A DNA stretch of 63,574 nt. Source: a virus (Duplodnaviria; Caudoviricetes). Location: positions 1 to 63,574 of the IMG/VR virus record IMGVR_UViG_3300042400_001354. The stretch is one strand, 5' to 3'. A program made the translations under genes and the position numbers. This document shows positions 20,233 to 30,106 of this stretch, one piece after another. The notes beneath the pieces were generated by a model. The model saw only the letters and a program-made list of their open reading frames with translations, did no database searches and had not been told where the DNA came from. The stretch's first letter is position 1. Every line of letters starts with the position of its first letter.

Positions 20233-20913
20233 TTACCTACAAATTTTGCCCTGATACTCATCAGTAGATTTAAACATACCTGTTGTATTAAATGTTCCAT
20301 CAACAATTTGTTGACATCTTATAGAGAATAAATCAGCGTTCTGTTTATATCTTCCTTGATACAAATGATATACTGAATCAGAAAAAACTGTACCAATACC
20401 AAAATACCCATAATTACCTAATCTCCAAACACCCTCAATAGGTTCTCGTTCAAAATATGTTGGATATAGCGCTTTATATGGAATTTTATTCTCTTCAGCT
20501 AAATACGAAATTTCTTCAGAAACATCTCCTCTAAGATTAGCGCAAAAAGAAGGTTTACCAATCGCCAACCAAAAATCTCGATAAATAAAATAAAATACTG
20601 CAGCGCCACAAATATGAGAATACGGGAAAATATGATTAGCGCATTGAGCTAATCCAATAAACGATTTATTTTTATATGCATAATCAATTGAAGAATTAAT
20701 AATATTAACATTAAGTGGAACACAATCAATATCTAAAATTCCAACAACATCAGCTGTTGAATTTTGCATAACCATATCAATCCATTCGCCATGCCCAACA
20801 CCATTTAAATGATGATAATTTACAGGGATTTTAAAATGATCCATAACCATTTTATTTGATTCTAATAAATATTCAGAATTATCCCAATATAAACTGTGAA
20901 TTTCTACATTCAT
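20233..20913 (-). CDS. putative GT-A glycosyltransferase
   Basis: ILDIDCVP DxD motif, YHLYQGR; cluster context. Confidence 0.6.
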   Translation of the reverse strand: MNVEIHSLYWDNSEYLLESNKMVMDHFKIPVNYHHLNGVGHGEWIDMVMQNSTADVVGILDIDCVPLNVNIINSSIDYAYKNKSFIGLAQCANHIFPYSHICGAAVFYFIYRDFWLAIGKPSFCANLRGDVSEEISYLAEENKIPYKALYPTYFEREPIEGVWRLGNYGYFGIGTVFSDSVYHLYQGRYKQNADLFSIRCQQIVDGTFNTTGMFKSTDEYQGKICR

Positions 20914-21251
20914 AAAGTTGCTACCCAATCAATAATTCTTTTGATAACATCTTCTGATGTATGGTCATCCCACACAGGGGCAACTTCTAATTCAATAATA
21001 TCTCCAGTTGAATCCCAAAATTGATTAACCGGAAGATGATATGTTACTATTCCTGTCGGTAAATTCATTCCTGCAATAAACCAACCATCATATGCAGTTC
21101 CATCGTTATGCACTCTACTTTTCCAAGAAAGATGTTTATGAGACTTCATTAAACCTGCAAATAAACTGCATCTATGTGCATATAACTCATTAAATGTGTG
21201 ATATCCATCTGAAATATTACCAACATCACAATCAATTGTAACTTTACCCAT
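20910..21251 (-). CDS. WDGH-domain-like phage protein
   Basis: ISDGYHTFNELYAHR, TYHLP, WDDHT. Confidence 0.7.
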   Translation of the reverse strand: MGKVTIDCDVGNISDGYHTFNELYAHRCSLFAGLMKSHKHLSWKSRVHNDGTAYDGWFIAGMNLPTGIVTYHLPVNQFWDSTGDIIELEVAPVWDDHTSEDVIKRIIDWVATL

Positions 21252-21964
21252 TACATCCTCCAAGGAAAATTTCCATCATATTTTTGAGCCATTTTATAAT
21301 TACCATGTTCAAAAAATTCTTTTGTTACTGAACCCTCATTACCATCTAACCGATAATTTACTGTATATTTACCAGTACATTCATATTTCGGGAAATATTG
21401 AGCTAAAGCTTGACGCACAACTCTGTCTTGCCCCCATCCACCATGCCACGCACCAGCAATTGCAACAGCAACTTGCCTTTTTAAACAATAACAATTAGTG
21501 TCTATATGATATGTATTGGTCCAAGCTTCCCATTTACCTAAACTTTCGCAATCATCATAACACAAAAAATTACCTTTTTTATCAGTAATATTTCGTAAAC
21601 CATAAACCCAATCACTATTACTGGTTTCTAATGAGTTGATCATAGATTCAACATGATTGGGTTCTAACCAACAATCTTGATCTAAAAAAAACACATAATC
21701 ATGATTTACTAAATGAGAAAATCCAGCATAGACTCTATGACCATAAAATCCATTAGCGCCTACATTATCTGTTAAATAAACAATTTGTTTTTCTAAAGAA
21801 GATTGGTGTTTGACAAGAATCTTATCGACTTTACCGCGATGTTCTTTTCCGTCCACTACAATAAGGGCAGTCAAATTCGTATACGATTGACCAGAGAGAC
21901 TCTGGATGGTCTGAGCGAGAGTTTCAGCTCCAGTTGTAGGGACAATTACTACAGCACTTTTCAT
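21251..21964 (-). CDS. GT2 family glycosyltransferase
   Basis: VIVPTTG, IVVDG, FLDQDCW, IDTNCY, GQDR. Confidence 0.85.
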   Translation of the reverse strand: MKSAVVIVPTTGAETLAQTIQSLSGQSYTNLTALIVVDGKEHRGKVDKILVKHQSSLEKQIVYLTDNVGANGFYGHRVYAGFSHLVNHDYVFFLDQDCWLEPNHVESMINSLETSNSDWVYGLRNITDKKGNFLCYDDCESLGKWEAWTNTYHIDTNCYCLKRQVAVAIAGAWHGGWGQDRVVRQALAQYFPKYECTGKYTVNYRLDGNEGSVTKEFFEHGNYKMAQKYDGNFPWRM

Positions 21965-21965
21965 A

Positions 21966-23360
21966 TTACACCTTAAAATCGCTAAAAGATTTTTTATCAA
22001 ATTTATTAGATTGTACGCTTTTATATATTTCTACAGGATCTTGAGTGCCAGCATCAACTATACCTTCTTGAGCAGAATTTTCAACATCATACAATTTCAT
22101 CCTAGCTCTATCAACACCAACAACAAATCGTTTATTTAGATTTAAATCGCGATAACGATTTTTTAATTGTTTCAACATTATCTGTCCAAGATCATATAAT
22201 TCTTCTGAATTAATAATAGCCAACATAAAATCAGCAATAGCTGGAATACCAAATGATTCAGAAACATCATTCATATCAATATCGCTAGATTGAGCACCAC
22301 TACGAGTTGTTTGAGTAGCTGTTACAACTGGAATATTAAATTCCTGAGCGAAACCCCGTAATTCTTCACCAATAGCTTTGATATATGTATAAGAGTTAAC
22401 ACCACCAGTCATTTTCATTCTTGAACTAGCGCAAATGTTAAGATAATCAATAAACACAACATCAGGAGTAAAATTTTTCTTTAATCTTAATTCATTCAAC
22501 AAAGTTCTAAAATGATTAACATTTGCAGAAGCTGTTGGATATTCTTTAATAAACATTTTACCAACAGTTTTAGATTTAATATAATTTAATTTTTTCGTAT
22601 AAGATGTTTTATCCATTTGCATCAACTCATCCATTGTTACACGAAGAGTATTTGCATCTATACGTTTTGCGATTTCTTCTTCAGCCATTTCACATGTTAT
22701 ATACAATACATTATAACCACTTTGTTGAAAACTAGCTGCCCAATCGCACATCATCAAACTTTTACCACCATGAGGTGGAGCAAGAATAACATTTAAAGTT
22801 TTCTTTGGTAAACCATTATTTGTAATTTTATTAAGAAATTCTAATGAAAAAGGAATTCGTTCATCAATTTTATGGTAATAATCAAAACGGTTTTCAGAAT
22901 CATCTAGATAATCATGACCAACACTACTATCAAAAGATATTGCTAATGCGTCAGATAATAATTTAGGAATACTACCTTTAGATAGTTCACCATGTTTGTT
23001 ATCTAAGATAGTAATAGCTTCACGAACTGCATTAAAAATTGCTTTTTCTTGACAAAAAACTTCTGTTTTATCAACTAACCAAGAAATATCTACAGTTTCA
23101 GATTTACTTTCATGCAATTCATTTAATAATTCTAATGTTTCTTTATATTCATCATCAGAAATTTGTTTTTCATTAATTTGAATAATTAATGCTTCATAAG
23201 TTGGAATTGTACCGTATTCTGTAACGAAAGAGGATATTTCGTTAAAAATAGTCCTCTCTCTTCTTTCAACAAAATAATCTTGTTTTATAAACGGCAAAAC
23301 CTTTCTAATATACTCTTCATTATAATGAAGATTCTTCAATATTAGTCGATTCAGATTCAA
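21966..23360 (-). CDS. gp41: replicative DNA helicase
   Basis: APPHGGKS Walker A, DYLNIC, TATQTTR, QLKNRY. Confidence 0.96.
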   Translation of the reverse strand: MNLNRLILKNLHYNEEYIRKVLPFIKQDYFVERRERTIFNEISSFVTEYGTIPTYEALIIQINEKQISDDEYKETLELLNELHESKSETVDISWLVDKTEVFCQEKAIFNAVREAITILDNKHGELSKGSIPKLLSDALAISFDSSVGHDYLDDSENRFDYYHKIDERIPFSLEFLNKITNNGLPKKTLNVILAPPHGGKSLMMCDWAASFQQSGYNVLYITCEMAEEEIAKRIDANTLRVTMDELMQMDKTSYTKKLNYIKSKTVGKMFIKEYPTASANVNHFRTLLNELRLKKNFTPDVVFIDYLNICASSRMKMTGGVNSYTYIKAIGEELRGFAQEFNIPVVTATQTTRSGAQSSDIDMNDVSESFGIPAIADFMLAIINSEELYDLGQIMLKQLKNRYRDLNLNKRFVVGVDRARMKLYDVENSAQEGIVDAGTQDPVEIYKSVQSNKFDKKSFSDFKV

Positions 23361-23646
23361 TGGTATTCTCCACGCTTTTCATAATAATATCTAATAAAAT
23401 ATCTCCTACTGTATCTTTAAATTCTACAGTTTGAAATAACTCCGTTGGTTTTTCGGCATCATAAACAACATCATAATTAAAACTTAATACAGCATTTCCA
23501 TCAGGATTATCAGTTCCATCATCCTGAACACTAACTTCGCTTAACGTTAAAATTACATCCTTAAATTCACCTGAATTAAATTTTATACCAGTTGCACCAT
23601 TTACCTCAATAAAATTATACTCTACAATTTGTTTTTCGTCAATCAT
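23320..23646 (-). CDS. gp40-like head assembly chaperone (tentative)
   Basis: Small acidic protein between uvsX and gp41 as in T4. Confidence 0.55.
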   Translation of the reverse strand: MIDEKQIVEYNFIEVNGATGIKFNSGEFKDVILTLSEVSVQDDGTDNPDGNAVLSFNYDVVYDAEKPTELFQTVEFKDTVGDILLDIIMKSVENTIESESTNIEESSL

Positions 23647-23655
23647 TAATTTCTC

Positions 23656-23859
23656 CTACCAAATATTAAACCAAATTCCAGTTCCATGAACCCACGCTAC
23701 TGGAACCGCAATGGCTCCAGCAATTAAAAATAACCATTCACTATTTTGAATACAAGTTACAACATGAGTAATCCAGGCAGCTAGTCCCCATCCAATAAAT
23801 AAAATGCAAAACCCAACAACACCCAAATATACTTGTTCATCTGATGTCAATTTTTTCAT
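23656..23859 (-). CDS. small membrane protein
   Basis: AAWITHV..C...W..LIAGAI..P..HG.G.W hydrophobic pattern. Confidence 0.7.
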   Translation of the reverse strand: MKKLTSDEQVYLGVVGFCILFIGWGLAAWITHVVTCIQNSEWLFLIAGAIAVPVAWVHGTGIWFNIW

Positions 23860-23860
23860 A

Positions 23861-24949
23861 TTATTCTTCCTCCTCATTAGCTACAACAAACGCAGTTTCA
23901 ATATCTTTATCAGGAACGGTATCATTAGCTAATAACGCTCCATGAGATACTTGATAATTTTGTTTGAGCCAAGCAGAAAAAGATTTATCTAAAATAATAG
24001 AATTCCAAAAGTCATTTGAATCAGTATCTTTAATACGATATTTTTTATCTTCAATTTCACCAGTTACTGTATTTACTTTTGAATACCAACCATTACTAGG
24101 TTTTACTACATGACCTGATTCAAGAGCAATATCCAATAATCCACTCCATTTTGAAATACCTCCTTCAAATTTTACAGTAATAGGTATTTTAGATTTTTCT
24201 CGTACATAACGAGATTTTTCAACATTAATAACAAAATTATAACCAGCTAATTCTGACCCATCTTTTTCTTGTTGACGACCAATAATCCAAATTGTATCTG
24301 ACGAATAAATTGAACCAGTACCACCAGAAACAACATCTTTTGCATACAATTCCATTGTTTTGTAAGTATGGTTAATAACAATTAATGGAATATCTTTAAT
24401 TGTTAAACTTGGAGTAACAATACGGAACAATGATTTTAACTGTTTTGCTCTAGTCATATCAACTGTTGATTTACCATCAAGAGCATCTTCAACTTCTTTT
24501 TTAGATGCCAAGTTACCAACAGAATCCACTAAGATAATAACTTTATCTTCATGAGACAACACATTTACTTGTTGACTTAGATCAAATTTTAATTGCTCAA
24601 CATCTGAGATTGGAGAATGTAAAACACGGTCTAAATCAATACCAACTGAAGAAAAATATGCTTGAGGAGTACCAAATTCTGAATCATAGAATAATAATAC
24701 CGCTTCTGGATATTTGTCCAAATAAGCTTTCGCCATAATTAACGAAAATAATGTTTTAAAATGTCTACTTGGGCCAGCAATAGTTGTTAATCCTGGAGTC
24801 AACCCACCATCCAAACTACCAGATAGAGCAATATTAATTGCAGGTACTGATGTTTGAATCATATCTTTTTTATTAAAGAATTTAGATTTAGATAATACTG
24901 CTGTTTCTTTAATCGTACTATTCTTTTTAATTTTATCTAATAAACTCAT
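23861..24949 (-). CDS. uvsX: RecA-like recombinase
   Basis: AGPSRHFKT, YDSEFG, DMTRAKQLKSLFR, VEKSRYVREK. Confidence 0.96.
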   Translation of the reverse strand: MSLLDKIKKNSTIKETAVLSKSKFFNKKDMIQTSVPAINIALSGSLDGGLTPGLTTIAGPSRHFKTLFSLIMAKAYLDKYPEAVLLFYDSEFGTPQAYFSSVGIDLDRVLHSPISDVEQLKFDLSQQVNVLSHEDKVIILVDSVGNLASKKEVEDALDGKSTVDMTRAKQLKSLFRIVTPSLTIKDIPLIVINHTYKTMELYAKDVVSGGTGSIYSSDTIWIIGRQQEKDGSELAGYNFVINVEKSRYVREKSKIPITVKFEGGISKWSGLLDIALESGHVVKPSNGWYSKVNTVTGEIEDKKYRIKDTDSNDFWNSIILDKSFSAWLKQNYQVSHGALLANDTVPDKDIETAFVVANEEEE

Positions 24950-25023
24950 ACTATTTTCACCTCTTTTTTATTATATTCAAAATCGTAATCATCGTTAAAA
25001 TGTTTAATAAAACCACAATGCAT
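24946..25023 (-). CDS. possible 25-aa micro-ORF
   Basis: MHCGFIKHFNDDYDFEYNKKEVKIV; stop overlaps uvsX ATG. Confidence 0.3.
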   Translation of the reverse strand: MHCGFIKHFNDDYDFEYNKKEVKIV

Positions 25024-25034
25024 AAATTACCTAC

Positions 25035-27560
25035 CTAACTAAAAAAATCTTCAATACTATTCATTCGTTCATGAGACCAACCAACAGCCTCTAACATACC
25101 ATTTAATGGATCTAAAAATGTTTTTTCGTACTGTTTCTCGTAATCAACATACTTATCCAACCCAAATTCAGGAGGTAATCCAACTGAAAATGAAATTACT
25201 TCATTTTTTAATGGATTAGGTTTTTTCAAATAACAAAACTTAATATTCTCACCTTCACCAATATTTTCATACTTATGGTGAAGGTTTAATTCTTTAAGTC
25301 TAGTATTATATAGAATAGCTCCTTTAGTATGGATAGGACAACCGCTGGCATACAATGTTTTTGAATCACTATATTTTTCAATACCATTTACGCCACGCGG
25401 AAATGAAATTTCTTCAACAGAATAATTGTAAAATTCAGATTTAACACCGGAAACGAAATCCTGAACATCAGATTCAGTACCATTTAAGATTAAACCTACA
25501 GATTTCTTTAATTTATCTCTAATAACTTTCGGTGTTGAAGATTTAACAACTTCTAGACCCATAATTTTTAATTTAGGTTCGTTATACACAACACCTTCAT
25601 TTTCGTAAACGTTTAATGCATAACGTTTTTTGCCAGTCCAAAAACCTTTAGAACTAATCGCTTCTAATTTAAACGAAATACAATCCCGATGTACATTTGT
25701 ATACCGCTGAAGTTCATAACAACATTCATTAATGATTGGATCAATTTTTTCTCGACAAATTTTACTTAGTACAGGAATAATTTCCTTAACATCTTTATTA
25801 GAATAAAATTTATCAACAATCGACTCAAGTGTTAAATAAATTGAATCAGTATCTTGATAAATTACCCAAGGATATTGAGTTTTAAATAGAGAATTCAATT
25901 TTTTATCTACATATTCACCAACGCTGATAATAATATATCGACCAGATAAAGTTACAGCTCTAGCATTTTCTAAAGTATAATATCTAAAGAATGCATTACC
26001 TAGTGCGCCATACAAACTATTCATAGCAATTTTAAATGCCATTTGTTCGTTATTATATTTTGAGATTAAATTATGTAATCGTTTATATTCAGCTTTAGCT
26101 TCTTTTTTATCTATTTTAGAACCTTTTAATAATTCTAATTCGCTCTCATAACGCAACATTGTTGATTTTGCTTCTTTACGTTTTTTCATGTAAATATCAA
26201 TCAACTCAGGGATCACACCAACTTTATCTTTTCTATACATAGCACCATTAGCTGCTACAGTATATTCCTCAGGAAAATCGTATTCTTTATTCAGCAACCC
26301 TTTAGTTGTAATGTTACCATCAAACATACCAACAAAGGTCTCTAGGGATATGTTCCAGGTCTGCATAATACTTGGATACAGACTGGTAGCATCAAAAGCA
26401 GTAACCCACTTGTAGAATCCTGGAATTGGTTCGCGGACGAACGCTCCTTCAAACTGTTCTGATTTACTATTCTTAGATCTTGGTGGAATAACAACATTTT
26501 TAGATTTCAAATGATTAAAAATAATTGAATCCCACATACGAATTTGACTGAATACGTCACCATAATTAACTTTTGCCAAATAAGACGTAGTTAAACATAG
26601 TTCGAGCAATTTCATTTTGTCTTCAAGTTCATCTACTCTATCGCAATCGATAGTGTTATATAAGACAAATTTATTCCACCCATAAGTATAAAAATCTTTA
26701 AACGTATCAAATTCGCTATGATCTAATTTACCACAATTTAATTCAACTTGAGCAATAGTCTCTAAACGATAATTTTCTTGTTTTGTATAAGTGTATTTTT
26801 TGTATAAATCTCTAAAATCAACAACAGGAACACCAACAATTTCATAAAGAGTTGTAGCTTTACCATAATCATCTTTGGTTTTTCGTTCTTTAATACGATT
26901 CCAGGGACTTAATTCTTTAAGCCTATCTTCACTACAAATATTTTTAATTCGATTTACAAGATATTTTATATCAAATCCTTCAACATTCCACCCTGTAATA
27001 ATATCTACATTAGAACGTTTCCAGAAATCAACAAATTGATTTAATAATGAATATTCGTCTTGACATAAAATTAAATCACAATTTTCTATTGGATCTCCAG
27101 TGTATTCTCTGGACATAAATGTTGTATTGCGTTTTGTTTTCATGTTCTTCATAGTAATAAGAAGAACTTCTTCACTTGCTTGATCAGGATTAGGAAAACC
27201 AGATTGTTCTGTTGCAGTTTCAATATCAAGAACAAATGAATTAATATGATCCATACTCCAGTCAATCAGTCCAGTAAATTTATCAGAAATAAACTGGACA
27301 TCAAAACCTATATCACCATAAATTTCAAAATTATCTACATCAGCATATCGTTTAATAAAATCTCTTGTTTCACTAATACTTCCTGGTTGAATTTCTTCTA
27401 CATATTGACCGAAAAGGTTTTGCCACTCACTTTTCTTATTAGATTTCACATAAACTTTAGGCGAGTATTCTAATTTAAATTGAACTCGTCTACCGTCTTC
27501 AATTCCCTTATAAAGAATACTATTGCCTAAAATTGATACATCTGTGTAAAAATTTGACAT
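25035..27560 (-). CDS. gp43: family B DNA polymerase
   Basis: DIET, DATSLYPS, KIAMNSLYG, YQDTDS, KKRY; C-terminal SIEDFFS. Confidence 0.97.
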   Translation of the reverse strand: MSNFYTDVSILGNSILYKGIEDGRRVQFKLEYSPKVYVKSNKKSEWQNLFGQYVEEIQPGSISETRDFIKRYADVDNFEIYGDIGFDVQFISDKFTGLIDWSMDHINSFVLDIETATEQSGFPNPDQASEEVLLITMKNMKTKRNTTFMSREYTGDPIENCDLILCQDEYSLLNQFVDFWKRSNVDIITGWNVEGFDIKYLVNRIKNICSEDRLKELSPWNRIKERKTKDDYGKATTLYEIVGVPVVDFRDLYKKYTYTKQENYRLETIAQVELNCGKLDHSEFDTFKDFYTYGWNKFVLYNTIDCDRVDELEDKMKLLELCLTTSYLAKVNYGDVFSQIRMWDSIIFNHLKSKNVVIPPRSKNSKSEQFEGAFVREPIPGFYKWVTAFDATSLYPSIMQTWNISLETFVGMFDGNITTKGLLNKEYDFPEEYTVAANGAMYRKDKVGVIPELIDIYMKKRKEAKSTMLRYESELELLKGSKIDKKEAKAEYKRLHNLISKYNNEQMAFKIAMNSLYGALGNAFFRYYTLENARAVTLSGRYIIISVGEYVDKKLNSLFKTQYPWVIYQDTDSIYLTLESIVDKFYSNKDVKEIIPVLSKICREKIDPIINECCYELQRYTNVHRDCISFKLEAISSKGFWTGKKRYALNVYENEGVVYNEPKLKIMGLEVVKSSTPKVIRDKLKKSVGLILNGTESDVQDFVSGVKSEFYNYSVEEISFPRGVNGIEKYSDSKTLYASGCPIHTKGAILYNTRLKELNLHHKYENIGEGENIKFCYLKKPNPLKNEVISFSVGLPPEFGLDKYVDYEKQYEKTFLDPLNGMLEAVGWSHERMNSIEDFFS

Positions 27561-27884
27561 TTATTTACCTAAAATAAATTTTGGAGAAGGTGTTGTAATA
27601 TGGCCAAAAATTGTATTATATTGTTCTAAAAATTCTTGATCAATCTCAATATAAAATACAATTCTATCAGGATTAAAAGTTATCTTAATATCTGATAGTG
27701 GTTTATTAAATGCTGGAAATGGAGCAAAACCAATATTTTGTTGATTTGAATTTTCTCTAGGAGGAACAGCAATTAACTGTACAGGATTTTTATATACATC
27801 GCCTAATTCAGTTGTTTCTACATATTCAGCAATAACATCTTCACCAGTTGCTGTTCTAAACATTCTAATATTTTCTGACATCAT
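27561..27884 (-). CDS. Sm-like conserved T4-like protein
   Basis: FRTATGEDVIA, NPV, YNTIFG. Confidence 0.7.
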   Translation of the reverse strand: MMSENIRMFRTATGEDVIAEYVETTELGDVYKNPVQLIAVPPRENSNQQNIGFAPFPAFNKPLSDIKITFNPDRIVFYIEIDQEFLEQYNTIFGHITTPSPKFILGK

Positions 27885-28384
27885 TTTTCCTCATATTTTA
27901 TGACTTCAACGCCACATTTTGTTAAGAATTGAATACCATCATTTGATCGATATTCATTTTTGTAATATACAGTTTTAATACCAGAACTGTATATTATTTT
28001 CGAACACTGTAAACACGGACTGTGTGTACAGATTAAAATCGCGCCAATTCCAGATTCAGTAGAACTAGCTAATTGTGAAATTGCGTTTGCTTCAGAATGA
28101 ATAACCTCATCATAAGTTTTTAATCCACGCCAGAAAAAAGAATCTGGAATTGACTCAAACCGTTGTTTATCTTCATCGGATAAATCAAAATATTCGGTAT
28201 CTGATAAAAATATTTCTCGCTCGCATTTATTGGGTTCCCAACCTGATGGAAGACCATTATAACCACAGCTAATAATTCGATTATTTTTTATGATAACTGT
28301 ACCGACTTTTAATCGTTCAGCATAAGAGAGTTGCGCTGTGCGATCAGCAACATCCATGAAATATTTAACAAATTTATTTTTCAT
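27881..28384 (-). CDS. cd: dCMP deaminase
   Basis: GYNG, HSEANAI, PCLQC. Confidence 0.92.
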   Translation of the reverse strand: MKNKFVKYFMDVADRTAQLSYAERLKVGTVIIKNNRIISCGYNGLPSGWEPNKCEREIFLSDTEYFDLSDEDKQRFESIPDSFFWRGLKTYDEVIHSEANAISQLASSTESGIGAILICTHSPCLQCSKIIYSSGIKTVYYKNEYRSNDGIQFLTKCGVEVIKYEEK

Positions 28385-28412
28385 AACAACACCAAAAATT
28401 TACTATACAATT

Positions 28413-28441
28413 ATTATACTATAATAATTAATTTTTGTAAA
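28413..28441 (-). promoter_or_regulatory. sigma70-type promoter for cd-gp43 operon
   Basis: TTTACA-N17-TATAAT, TATAG before -10. Confidence 0.75.
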
Positions 28442-28443
28442 GC

Positions 28444-28475
28444 AAAAAAAAAACGGCAACTATGGTTGCCGTTTT
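28444..28475 (-). terminator. intrinsic terminator after hsp20
   Basis: AAAACGGCAAC-CATA-GTTGCCG followed by a long T run. Confidence 0.9.
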
Positions 28476-28482
28476 GAGATAC

Positions 28483-28917
28483 CTATTCTATATTAAATAT
28501 TTTAGGTTTATGATGTTCTGGAATTACGTTTTTTAACGTTACATATAACATGCCGTCGGACAATGATACTTTCTCAACTTCAACTGTATCCGCGAGAGTA
28601 AACGTTCTTTTGAAATCTCTTTCTGCAATCCCTTTATAGATGTAATATAAAGAATTTGGGTCTTTATTTGTTGATCCAGAAATTGTTAGTTTTCCGGAAT
28701 CCAGAACAACTGAAATTTGCGGTTTAGAATAACCAGCAACCGCCATTTTAATTATAAACTCTTCATCAGATTTTTTTACAATATCATATGGTGGAAATCC
28801 AGTTTGAGGTTTTTCTAATTCTTGGATTCTACGAAATAATTCGTCAAATCCAATAAAAGCTGAATTGTGAATTGATCTAAAATTTTGTTGGTCGAACAAA
28901 GATAATGACTTTGTCAT
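28483..28917 (-). CDS. hsp20: small heat-shock protein (IbpA-like)
   Basis: FPPYDI, AVAG, KGIAERDFKRTFTLA, IPEHHKP; start at SD-preceded MTKSL. Confidence 0.93.
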   Translation of the reverse strand: MTKSLSLFDQQNFRSIHNSAFIGFDELFRRIQELEKPQTGFPPYDIVKKSDEEFIIKMAVAGYSKPQISVVLDSGKLTISGSTNKDPNSLYYIYKGIAERDFKRTFTLADTVEVEKVSLSDGMLYVTLKNVIPEHHKPKIFNIE

Positions 28918-29005
28918 AAGTTTCTCCTTAATAATAAGCAAGATTTATTGTAATACAAAGGTTCCCGAAGCGAACCTTTATTTTTGTAGGACCACCCTAC
29001 AAAAC
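28915..29005 (-). promoter_or_regulatory. ROSE-like RNA thermometer in hsp20 leader
   Basis: UCUUGCUU pairs with AAGGAGA SD with bulged G; two upstream stable hairpins. Confidence 0.65.
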
Positions 29006-29008
29006 TAT

Positions 29009-29314
29009 TTAGCCACCAGCAAAAACGTTTCCGCTTCCACTAGAAATATTTCCAGCATCAGCAGAATCACCATTTCTGGCTACTGGTATACCATTTACAA
29101 AAACGGTACCAGATCCAGCATTGATTTTCGCGGAATGAGGAACACAAGAGTTACCAACGGGGATATTATGGATTCGTATTGCATCACCTTTTCTACATGC
29201 ACCTTCACCATTAACAAACACATTTCCTGATCCAGCTTGGGTCACGGTTGAAGAATCGCAACCGTGACCCGTATTTATTGAATCTGTCCCATCTTTCCTA
29301 GCGATGGCTGGCAT
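29009..29314 (-). CDS. PAAR spike-tip protein (gp5.4-like)
   Basis: MPAIARKD, TGHGC, GSGNVFVNG, VARNGD. Confidence 0.92.
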   Translation of the reverse strand: MPAIARKDGTDSINTGHGCDSSTVTQAGSGNVFVNGEGACRKGDAIRIHNIPVGNSCVPHSAKINAGSGTVFVNGIPVARNGDSADAGNISSGSGNVFAGG

Positions 29315-29715
29315 TATTTTTTAACCTTTCCAATATTATATTTACTTACAAGATTATATTCATGCTTTTCTTTGTAAGATAAAATTTTAATTTGACTAAT
29401 TGGAACTAATGGAGATTTTGATTTATCTAGATTTCTAATTTCCAATAATTCCCAATCTTGTAGTAAATTAACAATGGTATTTCTTCGGGCGATATCATTT
29501 TCGCTAATTTCATGAGTTTTATTATCTAACCCAAATAATTCTTTAAAATGTATAATCGCATATCTACCTTGTCTATGTAGAATATGACAAGATTGATATA
29601 AAGTTTTATCTTTTTTTGATAAAACTCCAATACGAGATAAAGTTTCTTTGATTTTTAAAAAATCATTTTCATCAATGAACACTTCTATTCCGAATCCATT
29701 AAAAATATCACTCAT
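29314..29715 (-). CDS. regA: translational repressor
   Basis: FLKIKETLSRIG, LYQSCHILH, HFKELF. Confidence 0.95.
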   Translation of the reverse strand: MSDIFNGFGIEVFIDENDFLKIKETLSRIGVLSKKDKTLYQSCHILHRQGRYAIIHFKELFGLDNKTHEISENDIARRNTIVNLLQDWELLEIRNLDKSKSPLVPISQIKILSYKEKHEYNLVSKYNIGKVKK

Positions 29716-30098
29716 TTTATAACTCCAGTTTTATCTATAACTTCCTTAATTGTTTTTATTTGATCAGGAGTAAGAATTCTCAATGCTTCCTTTGCTTTTT
29801 CGGAAGAATACCCGAAATATTCTTTTACACTCTGAATATCATCTGATTCGCTAGATTTATACCACTTTTGAAATGGTCGTTTCTTAGCTTTTAATGTATT
29901 TAGGTAAAAGTGGTATTGTAACTTGTTATCCAAATTTGGATAACGATTCATTTCGTTAACATATAATATTGTATCGTTATGTTGAGAAATTGCTCTATTA
30001 ACGATATAAGGTTTATATTCTTTTTCGTTTTCCGGAGTTAAAATATCTGTTTTAGTTTGTAATACACTAGGTAAAACTTCCTTGAATAAATCAAGCAT
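29712..30098 (-). CDS. gp62: clamp loader small subunit
   Basis: YIVNRAIS, NEMN, KEYFGYS.EKA. Confidence 0.92.
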   Translation of the reverse strand: MLDLFKEVLPSVLQTKTDILTPENEKEYKPYIVNRAISQHNDTILYVNEMNRYPNLDNKLQYHFYLNTLKAKKRPFQKWYKSSESDDIQSVKEYFGYSSEKAKEALRILTPDQIKTIKEVIDKTGVIK

Positions 30099-30106
30099 AA
30101 TTCCCC

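Noticed and set aside
5791-28917. Calling the phage a cyanophage from synteny, mazG and hsp20
   Set aside because: No photosynthesis genes in the window and these genes occur in many non-cyanobacterial T4-like phages; the host cannot be assigned
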